This document shows positions 10,382-19,044 of a DNA stretch of 64,000 bases, one piece after another. A program made the translations under genes and the position numbers. Each line of letters opens with the position of its first letter. The stretch's first letter is position 1. Origin of the DNA: Gammaproteobacteria bacterium (GTDB lineage: Bacteria; Pseudomonadota; Gammaproteobacteria; Burkholderiales; Burkholderiaceae_B); NCBI GenBank assembly GCA_018812945.1, contig JAHJCM010000007.1:11539-75538 (forward strand). The letters run 5' to 3'. The notes under the pieces were generated by a model that was not told where the DNA came from, made no database searches, and saw only the letters and a list, made by a program, of their open reading frames with translations.

Positions 10382-11449
10382 ATGATACTTGTCACAGGTG
10401 GTGCCGGCTTCATCGGCGCGAACTTTGTTCTTGACTGGGTCGCTCGTTGCAACGAATCGGTGGTTAATCTTGATAAACTGACTTATGCAGGCAATCTGGA
10501 GAGCCTTTCTATCCTTAAGGGTAATCCTCAACACATTTTTGTGCAGGGTGACATTGGTGACCGACTGTTGATCGAGAGGTTACTAGTTGAGCACCAACCG
10601 CGAGCCGTCATCAACTTCGCTGCCGAGAGCCATGTTGACCGTTCCATCCATGGTCCGGGCGAGTTCATCCAGACCAATATTGTGGGCACCTTCAACCTAC
10701 TTGAAGCGGTACGGGTCTATTGGAGCGACTTGCCCGATACGGACAAATCTGCTTTTCGATACTTGCATGTGTCCACCGACGAGGTGTACGGCTCTTTGGG
10801 CAAGGAGGATCCGGCTTTTACCGAAAACCACCGTTACGAGCCCAACAGCCCCTACAGCGCGAGCAAGGCTGCCAGTGATCACCTGGTACGCGCCTGGCAC
10901 CACACCTATGGCCTTCCGGTGGTCACCACCAACTGCAGCAACAACTACGGGCCTCACCACTTCCCTGAAAAACTCATCCCGCTCATGATCGTCAACGCTC
11001 TTGCGGGCAAATCCCTGCCGGTATACGGCGACGGCATGCAAATCCGCGACTGGCTCTACGTCAAGGATCATTGCAGTGCGATTCGTCGCGTTCTCGAAGT
11101 CGGGCGTCTGGGCGAGGTTTATAACGTGGGCGGTTGGAACGAAAAGCCGAACATCGAGATCGTCAAAACTGTGTGTGCGCTGTTGGATGAACTGCGCCCC
11201 AAGGCCGACGGCAGTAGCTACGCTACCCAAATCAGCTACGTGAGCGACCGCCCAGGCCACGATCGCCGCTACGCGATCGATGCACGCAAGCTCGAGCGCG
11301 AACTTAACTGGAAGCCGGCCGAGACCTTTGAGACCGGCATCCGCAAGACGGTGCAGTGGTACCTACAGAATCCCGAGTGGGTGCAGAACGTGCAGACTGG
11401 AGCATATCGTGAATGGCTTAGCAAGAACTACGCAGAGCGTCAGGCATGA
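10382..11449 (+). CDS. rmlB: dTDP-glucose 4,6-dehydratase
   Basis: [48 protein letters not shown] upstream of ATG 10382. Confidence 0.97.
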   Translation: MILVTGGAGFIGANFVLDWVARCNESVVNLDKLTYAGNLESLSILKGNPQHIFVQGDIGDRLLIERLLVEHQPRAVINFAAESHVDRSIHGPGEFIQTNIVGTFNLLEAVRVYWSDLPDTDKSAFRYLHVSTDEVYGSLGKEDPAFTENHRYEPNSPYSASKAASDHLVRAWHHTYGLPVVTTNCSNNYGPHHFPEKLIPLMIVNALAGKSLPVYGDGMQIRDWLYVKDHCSAIRRVLEVGRLGEVYNVGGWNEKPNIEIVKTVCALLDELRPKADGSSYATQISYVSDRPGHDRRYAIDARKLERELNWKPAETFETGIRKTVQWYLQNPEWVQNVQTGAYREWLSKNYAERQA

Positions 11450-12336
11450 AGATTCTCTTGCTTGGTAAAAATGGTCAGGTTGGATGGGAATTGCAGCGCA
11501 GCTTAAGCATACTCGGCGAGCTGGTTGTGCTCGATCGCCAGAGTGAGCTTTGTGGAGACCTGAGCCAGCCTGAAGGTATAGCAGATACTGTGCGAGCCTT
11601 ACGTCCCGACGTGATCGTCAACGCCGCCGCCCACACAGCGGTCGACAAGGCTGAAAGTGAAGTCGATCTGGCCCGAATCGTCAACGCGATAGCTCCTATG
11701 GCACTGGCGCAAGCGGCAGCCGAGGTTGGCGCCTGGCTGGTGCACTATTCGACTGATTATGTGTTTGACGGCAGCGGTACACGCGCTTGGCAGGAAGGAG
11801 AGGCCACCGGTCCGTTGGGTGTGTATGGCCAGACCAAGCTTGAAGGCGAACAGGCCATTGCCGCCAGCGGCTGTAGCCACCTCATTTTCCGTACCAGCTG
11901 GGTGTATGCCGCGCGTGGCGGTAATTTTGCCAAGACCATGCTGCGTCTGGCGCAAGAGCGCGAGCGCCTCACAGTGATTGACGATCAGCACGGCGCGCCC
12001 ACCGGGGCCGATATGATCGCCGATGTGACGGCGCATGCCATCCGTGCCGCGATAAAAAAGCCCGAACTGTCAGGTCTGTACCACTTGGTAGCCGGCGGTG
12101 AGACCAGCTGGCATGGATACGCCAGCCATGTGATCGCCCGCGCTCGCCATTTGCGACCCGATATACCTTGGAAAGTGGGGGAGATCGTTCCCGTGCCTAC
12201 CAGCGCATTTCCAACGCCCGCCAAGCGCCCTCTTAATTCCCGCTTGAATACACAAAAACTGCAGCAGGCCTTTGGTCTGAGCCTGCCACATTGGCAGCAA
12301 GGCGTGAACCGCCTCCTTGCAGAAATCACCTACTAA
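11446..12336 (+). CDS. rmlD: dTDP-4-dehydrorhamnose reductase
   Basis: [36 protein letters not shown]. Confidence 0.97.
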   Translation: MKILLLGKNGQVGWELQRSLSILGELVVLDRQSELCGDLSQPEGIADTVRALRPDVIVNAAAHTAVDKAESEVDLARIVNAIAPMALAQAAAEVGAWLVHYSTDYVFDGSGTRAWQEGEATGPLGVYGQTKLEGEQAIAASGCSHLIFRTSWVYAARGGNFAKTMLRLAQERERLTVIDDQHGAPTGADMIADVTAHAIRAAIKKPELSGLYHLVAGGETSWHGYASHVIARARHLRPDIPWKVGEIVPVPTSAFPTPAKRPLNSRLNTQKLQQAFGLSLPHWQQGVNRLLAEITY

Positions 12337-12350
12337 CCAAAGAATTGAAA

Positions 12351-13223
12351 ATGAAAAATCGCAAAGGCATCATACTTGCCGGGGGCTCTGGTACCCGGCT
12401 TTACCCCATTACCCAAGCCGTGAGCAAGCAGCTCATGCCGGTGTACGACAAGCCGATGGTGTACTACCCATTGAGCACGTTGATGCTGAGTGGCATTCGC
12501 GATGTGCTGTTGATCAGCACCCCGCAGGACACGCCCCGTTTTGCTGAACTGTTGGGCGACGGTGCCCGCTGGGGGATGAACATTCAGTACGCGGTGCAGC
12601 CCAGCCCGGATGGGTTGGCCCAGGCCTTCATCATCGGGCGTGACTTTGTTGGCAATCACCCTAGCGCCCTGGTGTTGGGAGACAACATCTTTTACGGGCA
12701 TGACCTGGTGAAGCAACTGAACAGCGCCAATGAGCGCACCAGCGGTGCCAGCGTGTTTGCTTACCACGTGCACGACCCGGAGCGTTACGGCGTGGTGGCG
12801 TTTGATGCACAACAGCGCGCCATTAGCATTGAAGAGAAGCCGGCTCAGCCCAAGAGCAACTACGCTGTCACAGGTCTATATTTTTACGATCAGCAAGTGT
12901 GCAACATTGCCGCAGACACCAAGCCCTCTGCCCGGGGTGAGCTGGAAATCACCGATGTGAACCGCCGCTACTTGGAGCAGGGGCAGTTGAACGTGGAGAT
13001 CATGGGTCGCGGCTATGCCTGGCTGGACACCGGCACGCACGACAGCCTGCTGGAAGCCGCCAGTTTCATCGCCACCCTACAAAAACGCCAGGGTTTGCAG
13101 GTGGCTTGCCCCGAGGAGATTGCATTCCGCCAAGGCTGGATCAACGCCGAGCAACTGGTTGCCTTGGCAGATCCCTTGAAAAAGAACGGCTACGGGCAGT
13201 ACCTGCTCAGCCTGTTGAAGTGA
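12351..13223 (+). CDS. rmlA: Glucose-1-phosphate thymidylyltransferase
   Basis: [37 protein letters not shown]. Start trimmed to MKNRK. Confidence 0.97.
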   Translation: MKNRKGIILAGGSGTRLYPITQAVSKQLMPVYDKPMVYYPLSTLMLSGIRDVLLISTPQDTPRFAELLGDGARWGMNIQYAVQPSPDGLAQAFIIGRDFVGNHPSALVLGDNIFYGHDLVKQLNSANERTSGASVFAYHVHDPERYGVVAFDAQQRAISIEEKPAQPKSNYAVTGLYFYDQQVCNIAADTKPSARGELEITDVNRRYLEQGQLNVEIMGRGYAWLDTGTHDSLLEAASFIATLQKRQGLQVACPEEIAFRQGWINAEQLVALADPLKKNGYGQYLLSLLK

Positions 13224-13230
13224 GCCTGAC

Positions 13231-13782
13231 ATGCCCTACACAGTGATGCCAACCACTTTGCCCGAAGTGTTGATTCTGGAGCCCAAGGTCTTCGGCGACG
13301 ATCGTGGTTTTTTCTTCGAAAGTTTTAACCAACGAGACTTTCAGCAGGCCACCGGCCTGAACGTGAACTTCGTTCAAGACAACCACAGCAAATCCAGCCA
13401 AGGGGTCCTGCGTGGCCTGCATTACCAGATCCAGCATCCGCAAGGCAAACTGGTGCGGGTGACGCATGGTGCCGTGTTTGATGTAGCCGTAGACCTTCGC
13501 CGCTCATCACCCAACTTTGGCAAATGGGTGGGGGTTGAACTTTCCGCAGATAACAAACGGCAATTATGGGTACCGCCAGGGTTTGCGCATGGCTTTGTGG
13601 TCACCAGCGAATCGGCAGAATTTCTGTACAAAACGACGGACTACTGGTACCCCGAACACGAACGTAGCTTGTTGTGGAATGACCCCTCGGTTGGAATTAA
13701 TTGGCCCATAGAACGCGAGCCTATTCTGGCAAAGAAGGATTCTGCCGCCCCCTTGTTAGGTGCGGCAGAGATCTTTGATTGA
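13231..13782 (+). CDS. rmlC: dTDP-4-dehydrorhamnose 3,5-epimerase
   Basis: FGDDRGFFFESF, QDNHSKS, LRGLHYQ, GFAHGF. Confidence 0.97.
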   Translation: MPYTVMPTTLPEVLILEPKVFGDDRGFFFESFNQRDFQQATGLNVNFVQDNHSKSSQGVLRGLHYQIQHPQGKLVRVTHGAVFDVAVDLRRSSPNFGKWVGVELSADNKRQLWVPPGFAHGFVVTSESAEFLYKTTDYWYPEHERSLLWNDPSVGINWPIEREPILAKKDSAAPLLGAAEIFD

Positions 13783-16620
13783 TCAAGGCTTGTAATTCAA
13801 AGTTTTCGGATTTCTCACCTCCGTCTGCCCATACAAACTGAACCCTCGGTTCAACTTCGCTCCGCCGTCCCTGGTAAGGGGGCGCCACAAGAAATTCGCA
13901 TCTCCAGGAATACTCTTGGTGAAGAAGGCACTGAAAGGCACGGTCATGTAAATGCCTTTGTCAAAGCTGCCTTCACCAAAATCTTCTGCACTTACATTGG
14001 TGCGGGTTGCAAATGCACCCATGCGCACACCATTGTTGAATTCTCGTGAAAAATCAACCGTAATTCCCTTATCCCCCGCCAAATACTGCCCCACGCTGAT
14101 TGTGGCCAGTATGTCTTCAACACCCGTGTCTACATACGCAGTAATGTGGCCTGTGGTTACTTCATAATTTTGTAAATCAAAGTCTTGCTCAAAGGCGCGT
14201 TGGCGCACTTTGTTGATATCTACACCCACGGCATACCAACCATTGTGCGGGCGGTACAAATACTCGCCCCCCGCGCCTGCAAACATTTGTTCAAGCAAGC
14301 CGCCGTACACGCCGTAGTAATGCCCATCTGCGAACTTGCCCATGTGCTTTAAAGCAAAGTTGGGAATGGTGAAGTCGGATGTAACCGCATATTCCCGCAA
14401 GTTGGTGCGCACCTGTGGCAAGCGGCTATCACCACGCTGGTTAAACTTCTCGAAGTTGTCGATTAAGCGGTAGGCCAAACGCCCTTCCAGCCAGGTGTTA
14501 TCGGTGAAGTTAATGCGGGTGTCGTTGGCCAGTACAAATTGGTACAAAAATCCGTCTGCCCCGCCGAGCACTTGCCGGAAACCCAACGCAAATTTGTTGG
14601 TGAATTTCTCGGTAGGTTCTTCATGCACCGTGCGGTAAGGAAAGTTGTAACCCTCAATGGCCGCTTGCTCTGCTTTTTCATTGTTGTCCAGCAGCCCGTA
14701 CTCGGTGCGGCGCACCACAAACTTGTCGCGGTCTATTACATGCTGGCCAACATCGGCCCCGTTGTTCTCGTAATTCATGGTGAACCACTTTACGTTGTCG
14801 GGCAGGTCTTGGTGTAGCACTTCGGCGGCGCGGTTTAGGGTTTCGCTGTAATAGGCAGTGTCGCCGTTGCGCACATTCAGCTTTACTTCGCTGCCGCGTT
14901 GTTCAACCTTGCTTACTTGCCAATCGGTTTGCTGTTGCAGGCGTTGCAGGGTTTGCTTCCAGTCCACTTGCTGTGGCCGTGGGCCTGTGGTTACGAGCAA
15001 GGGCTTAGGGTCGCTTACCTTGGGGGTATTGAAGGTGCTGAAATTTTCAAACAGGCTAATGCCCACGCTTAGGGTGTTGCCCCTTTCTACCCCCAAATGA
15101 AAATTCACTGAAGGCGAAACCCGGTACACCATGCCGTAGTTAATGCGGCTGCTTTGTTCTTGCGGGTTGGCCAGTGGTTCGCTTTGATAATTATTGCCAT
15201 CGTATTCAAGCTTAAGTACCAATTTGTCCCATGGCGTGTGCCACTGCACACCACCGAACAGCGAGGTACGGCCACGAAAGTAGGTTTCAGCAGCCAACTC
15301 GCCGCCCTGACCAAAGTTGGTGGCTGGCCTGTTGTCGAATTTATCGGATATAAACCCCAGAGGGTTGCCGTAATCGCCGGCCGCGCCCAAGTACCCCCAG
15401 GCAAGGCCCAGTGAAGTGTCAAAATTACCGAAGCGTTTGCTGGCCACCAGGTATTCACTGGCAAACAAGGCTGTGCCGCCTACGTCGTTAAGGCCCACTG
15501 CAATTTCTGGAACATAGGCACTTTCTTGCCAAAGGCGCAGTTTGGCATCAATGTTTTTATCCAGAAATTTTTGATCGCCACTGAATTCAGCAGAGCCGAA
15601 CAAGCGGTTTGTAATTTTGGTGTACCTGAAACCGCCTTCTAGCCAGTCAAAGGGCTGCAGCATAATGCTGTAGCGGCTATAGGGTTCAACACGGCTGGCA
15701 GTAAAACTGGCATTGCCTGCCGGGCGCATGCGCGCAGTAGGCGTTTGCATAAGGCCCACCCACCCCCATGTGCTGCTGCTTACCGGAAAACTGCGCAGCG
15801 GGGCTGCGCTGGCTGCTTGCTGAAAAACCGCACGGTTGGCTGGTACCACCCATTTGCCCACTGAAAAGCTGCCTGGCAGCTGGGCAGCGCCTTGCGTGGC
15901 CAAAAAAGCGGCAAACTGGTCAGCGGTGTTTGCAGTTACTGCGCTGCCACGGCTTGGTGCCAACAACCATGCGCCGGGCATGGGCACTACCTGCGGCCCG
16001 GCATTCCAAATGCCGACATTCAAACGGTGCACGGTGCCAGTGGGCTGCACCAACCAAGTAATGTCTACTACTTGCTTGGCATTGCAAGCCTGCAGGTAGG
16101 CAGGGGGTTCTACCCCAGCTTGGTAGGGCACCTGGCAGTAACCAAAATCGCCTAGCACCAGCAGGCTGTTGGGTTGCCCAGCCAATACTACTTCATCGCC
16201 CGGGGCCAGGCGGGGGTCTAATTCAGGGCGCAGGGCAAGGTAATCGGCATCAGCCGCAGTGGGAAGCACCAACCGACCTGTAGCGGGCAATTGCTGAACC
16301 AATTCGGAATAACTGTTGTTGTGCCCACCCAGTTGCACAAACAAACGGGTAAGCAACTGGGTGCGTTGCAAATTGTGTTGGGCCAGTGCGCTGGCCTGCC
16401 TGAATTGCAAGCCGGGCAGGTAGTATGTTTCACTGTTGACCACGCTGGGCAGCAGGCTGTTGCGCCGCAAATAGGTTGACAACCTTTCGCCTGCCTGCAC
16501 CTGGCTTGCAGCCACAGGGGATGTTTCAATTTGCTGTGCAAGTACTATAGATGGTGCCGCAGACGAACAAATGCACAACACAGCCAAGGCCAAAGGTTTG
16601 TAGGGGTGGGGAATGCGCAA
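13783..16620 (-). CDS. GfcC-like domain fused to YjbH/GfcD outer-membrane barrel (group 4 capsule export)
   Basis: Residues about 285-945 carry YjbH motifs (GLMQTPTARM, QPFDWLE, FDTSLGLAWG, GSFDKGIY, W.PLTRDGG). The N-terminal about 250 aa resemble GfcC/YjbG (ELDPRLAPGD). One continuous ORF. Confidence 0.85.
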   Translation of the reverse strand: MRIPHPYKPLALAVLCICSSAAPSIVLAQQIETSPVAASQVQAGERLSTYLRRNSLLPSVVNSETYYLPGLQFRQASALAQHNLQRTQLLTRLFVQLGGHNNSYSELVQQLPATGRLVLPTAADADYLALRPELDPRLAPGDEVVLAGQPNSLLVLGDFGYCQVPYQAGVEPPAYLQACNAKQVVDITWLVQPTGTVHRLNVGIWNAGPQVVPMPGAWLLAPSRGSAVTANTADQFAAFLATQGAAQLPGSFSVGKWVVPANRAVFQQAASAAPLRSFPVSSSTWGWVGLMQTPTARMRPAGNASFTASRVEPYSRYSIMLQPFDWLEGGFRYTKITNRLFGSAEFSGDQKFLDKNIDAKLRLWQESAYVPEIAVGLNDVGGTALFASEYLVASKRFGNFDTSLGLAWGYLGAAGDYGNPLGFISDKFDNRPATNFGQGGELAAETYFRGRTSLFGGVQWHTPWDKLVLKLEYDGNNYQSEPLANPQEQSSRINYGMVYRVSPSVNFHLGVERGNTLSVGISLFENFSTFNTPKVSDPKPLLVTTGPRPQQVDWKQTLQRLQQQTDWQVSKVEQRGSEVKLNVRNGDTAYYSETLNRAAEVLHQDLPDNVKWFTMNYENNGADVGQHVIDRDKFVVRRTEYGLLDNNEKAEQAAIEGYNFPYRTVHEEPTEKFTNKFALGFRQVLGGADGFLYQFVLANDTRINFTDNTWLEGRLAYRLIDNFEKFNQRGDSRLPQVRTNLREYAVTSDFTIPNFALKHMGKFADGHYYGVYGGLLEQMFAGAGGEYLYRPHNGWYAVGVDINKVRQRAFEQDFDLQNYEVTTGHITAYVDTGVEDILATISVGQYLAGDKGITVDFSREFNNGVRMGAFATRTNVSAEDFGEGSFDKGIYMTVPFSAFFTKSIPGDANFLWRPLTRDGGAKLNRGFSLYGQTEVRNPKTLNYKP

Positions 16621-16628
16621 AATGAAAC

Positions 16629-17303
16629 CTATAGGTTTTGCGCGGCGGTGCGCCGCAAATATTCAATACACTGCCCTTCTTCAAGGCAGTACAAACCATA
16701 AACCAAGCCACCTGTGCCTGGGTGGGTGCCCACCACATGCAAACTGTTGTTAAGGACTTGTAGGCGCGGGGTGATTGTTGAGCTTAGTTGCCCCCGCCAC
16801 GCCCGCAACACCAGGCCGTTCACCTGCCGCGCTCGGGCCAACAAGGCGGTGTTTTTCAACTGTATTGTTTCAAGCGCTATGGGCAGCAAATTCAATTGCA
16901 CCTGGTGCGCGCCCACACCGGGGTTGTTCAGCACCATGCCCTGCACTTGCCCTTCCGGGTTAAATTGCAAGCTGGCTGATTCAAACAAATTGGGTACGCC
17001 CTGGCTGCCCACCACAAAGCCTGCGCGTGTGCGCAACACTTCTTGGCTGGCGCTTACCCAGGTTTCGACCGTGCCACTGCCCTGGGCAGCTTGGTCTTGA
17101 CTGGCCAGTACCATAAGCGCGCTGCTGTTGGGCACCTGAACTTCAAGATAAATGTATTGTGCATTCAAAGGTGTGCTGGCATAACTGGGCGGGTTTTTAC
17201 CGGCATAGTAAGCCTGAGCAGCGCTAACTACCGCACCACCCAGACTGGAGCAAGCCTGCAAAGTGGGCACGGCAAGAAGCAATAGCAGCATTCGAAAATT
17301 CAT
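16629..17303 (-). CDS. GfcB/YjbF-family lipoprotein
   Basis: Lipobox LQAC and WVSASQEVL..RAG.VVGSQG motif. Position between gfcA and gfcC/D. Confidence 0.75.
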   Translation of the reverse strand: MNFRMLLLLLAVPTLQACSSLGGAVVSAAQAYYAGKNPPSYASTPLNAQYIYLEVQVPNSSALMVLASQDQAAQGSGTVETWVSASQEVLRTRAGFVVGSQGVPNLFESASLQFNPEGQVQGMVLNNPGVGAHQVQLNLLPIALETIQLKNTALLARARQVNGLVLRAWRGQLSSTITPRLQVLNNSLHVVGTHPGTGGLVYGLYCLEEGQCIEYLRRTAAQNL

Positions 17304-17318
17304 GTTTTACCTTGGCAG

Positions 17319-17347
17319 AAAAAAGGGCCCAAGAAGGGCCCTTTTTT
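17319..17347. terminator. Intrinsic terminator-like hairpin between gfcA and gfcB (bidirectional A/T tails)
   Basis: AAAAAAGGGCCC-AAGAA-GGGCCCTTTTTT. Confidence 0.8.
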
Positions 17348-17366
17348 GTAATGCAAAACCGAACAA

Positions 17367-17669
17367 TTAGTTGGTCGATGTTGCAGTGGCAGTGGCGGTG
17401 GCTGTGTTGTCGTCGTTGCTTACAGCAACGGCAGCCGCAACACCCACTGCGATACCAGCAATAGCCGCTGCGCTTAAACCGCCCACTGCGGCACCGCCAG
17501 CAACGCCGGCACCTACACCTGCTGCACCACCCGCCGCGCCAGCGCCAGCAGCGCCACCAGATGCCGTGCCACCAGCGGCACCGCCACTGGCTTCAACGCC
17601 TGTGGCCGATTGTGCAATGGCTACACCGCTGAAGGCCAACATTGAAATTATGGCCAAAAATTTCTTCAT
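17367..17669 (-). CDS. GfcA/YjbE-like small Gly/Ala/Thr-rich secreted protein
   Basis: Signal peptide, GGAA repeats, hydrophobic AVGVAAAVA segment and a C-terminal TATATATATSTN tail. Same layout as E. coli YjbE/GfcA, first gene of the module. Confidence 0.75.
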   Translation of the reverse strand: MKKFLAIISMLAFSGVAIAQSATGVEASGGAAGGTASGGAAGAGAAGGAAGVGAGVAGGAAVGGLSAAAIAGIAVGVAAAVAVSNDDNTATATATATSTN

Positions 17670-17771
17670 AACAATTCTCCCTAATTAGGATTTATAAACG
17701 CGCGTTTTAAGAAACTACAATACTTTGTGTTAAAGCGCTACCCTTAACCACTCTGTTTCGTGCCAAAAACA

Positions 17772-17798
17772 ACCCCCACACCCTGTTTTGGTGGGGGT
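17772..17798 (-). terminator. Hairpin downstream of wzz
   Basis: ACCCCCAC...GTGGGGGT stem, followed on the minus strand by a T-rich tail. Confidence 0.6.
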
Positions 17799-17815
17799 GG
17801 GCTCAGCAAACTTGC

Positions 17816-19027
17816 TTATTTTTTCAAACCCCACGCCCTTTTCAAGGCCTGCAACTTGCCTTGGGTTTCAGGGTTACTGCCTGAATTGCGCAAGGCACCG
17901 CGAAGTAAAGCAATAAGCACTGCCAAAAAGCCAGCGGCCAATACACTTGCAATTACGATAATCGCTTTTTTTGGTTTGCTTTTGCGCTCGGGCGGTATGG
18001 CTGCGTCTAGCTGCTGAACATCTCCACCGTCTTTCGCTTCATCAATTTTTGCAAGCTCGTATTGCTTGGCCATAATTTCAAAAATGGCTTCCTGATACTT
18101 CACTTCACGGAAGGCACGCACATATTCCAAACCTTGTTCGGGCAAATTGCCAGCGGAAACAAGGCCAAGGTCGCCACCACTACCGCCTTTGTCCAGCTTT
18201 TTAAGTTCATTGCGCAGCCCACCCAATTCAGCCAACACGCGGCGGTAGTCTGAATTCTCGGCAGTGGCAAAGGTGCGCATAGCGCTTAGTTGCACTTCTC
18301 GCTGGGCAATTTCGGCGCGCAAGCGAGCTACTGCACCAATGGTGGCCTCAGCCTGGCTTTTAAGCTCCACAAGGCCCGTGCGTTCCTGTGTTTCCTTCAA
18401 GGCCACTTCAGCATTGCTTAAGTCTTCTTTTGCTTTGGAAAATTGTTGCTCGAAAAATACGCGGCGCTGTTGGGCTTCAGTAACTGCCACACGGGTCATT
18501 AAACCCTTAAGCACCTCGTAGTAAGCGTTGGCCATATTGGCTGCAAAAGCCGGGTCTTCATCATCCACCTCAATTGTGATCAATCCCGATTTTTTGTCAC
18601 TGCTTACTCTAACCACAGCATCCAGTTTCGTGTAAACGTCTTGCCGCATTTCTGCTTCATAACGCTCAGTTAGTTGAAAGCGGTCAATAATTTCGTCTTT
18701 CGCGCTGCGGCTTTTGAGCATACTCACAACCGTATCCGCGGTGGTACCCCCCGCACTGATCCCAGCCAACCCTGCCAGGCCACCCAACTGGGCCAGCGCT
18801 GCGGCTGCGCCACCGCCACCGCCACTTTGGGGCGGAAGCAAGGTGGTTTTGGCGGTGAATATGGGGGTAAGCAGCAGGCTGACCACAATGGCCACAATGC
18901 CGGCCAAAAAGGGCAAACCGAAGATCAGTTTTTTTTCTTCGCCCAGTGTAGTGGCCAAATCGAGCAAGCTGATTTCGTCTTCATCGTCATACACTGGCGC
19001 ACCAGCGGGGTTTAAATCTTGATTCAT
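17816..19027 (-). CDS. wzz: Polysaccharide co-polymerase / chain-length regulator (Wzz/GNVR, no kinase domain)
   Basis: EISLLDL N-terminus, two TM segments flanking a coiled coil, and PPERKSKPKK before TM2. Confidence 0.85.
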   Translation of the reverse strand: MNQDLNPAGAPVYDDEDEISLLDLATTLGEEKKLIFGLPFLAGIVAIVVSLLLTPIFTAKTTLLPPQSGGGGGAAAALAQLGGLAGLAGISAGGTTADTVVSMLKSRSAKDEIIDRFQLTERYEAEMRQDVYTKLDAVVRVSSDKKSGLITIEVDDEDPAFAANMANAYYEVLKGLMTRVAVTEAQQRRVFFEQQFSKAKEDLSNAEVALKETQERTGLVELKSQAEATIGAVARLRAEIAQREVQLSAMRTFATAENSDYRRVLAELGGLRNELKKLDKGGSGGDLGLVSAGNLPEQGLEYVRAFREVKYQEAIFEIMAKQYELAKIDEAKDGGDVQQLDAAIPPERKSKPKKAIIVIASVLAAGFLAVLIALLRGALRNSGSNPETQGKLQALKRAWGLKK

Positions 19028-19044
19028 GCTGTAAATGTTCCGGT

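Noticed and set aside
2593-18936. Phase-variable homopolymers (A8 at 2593, T8 at 7653, A8 at 7826, T8 at 18929)
   Set aside because: Eight-base A/T runs are expected in AT-rich genes, all frames are intact, and there are no long G/C tracts in coding regions.
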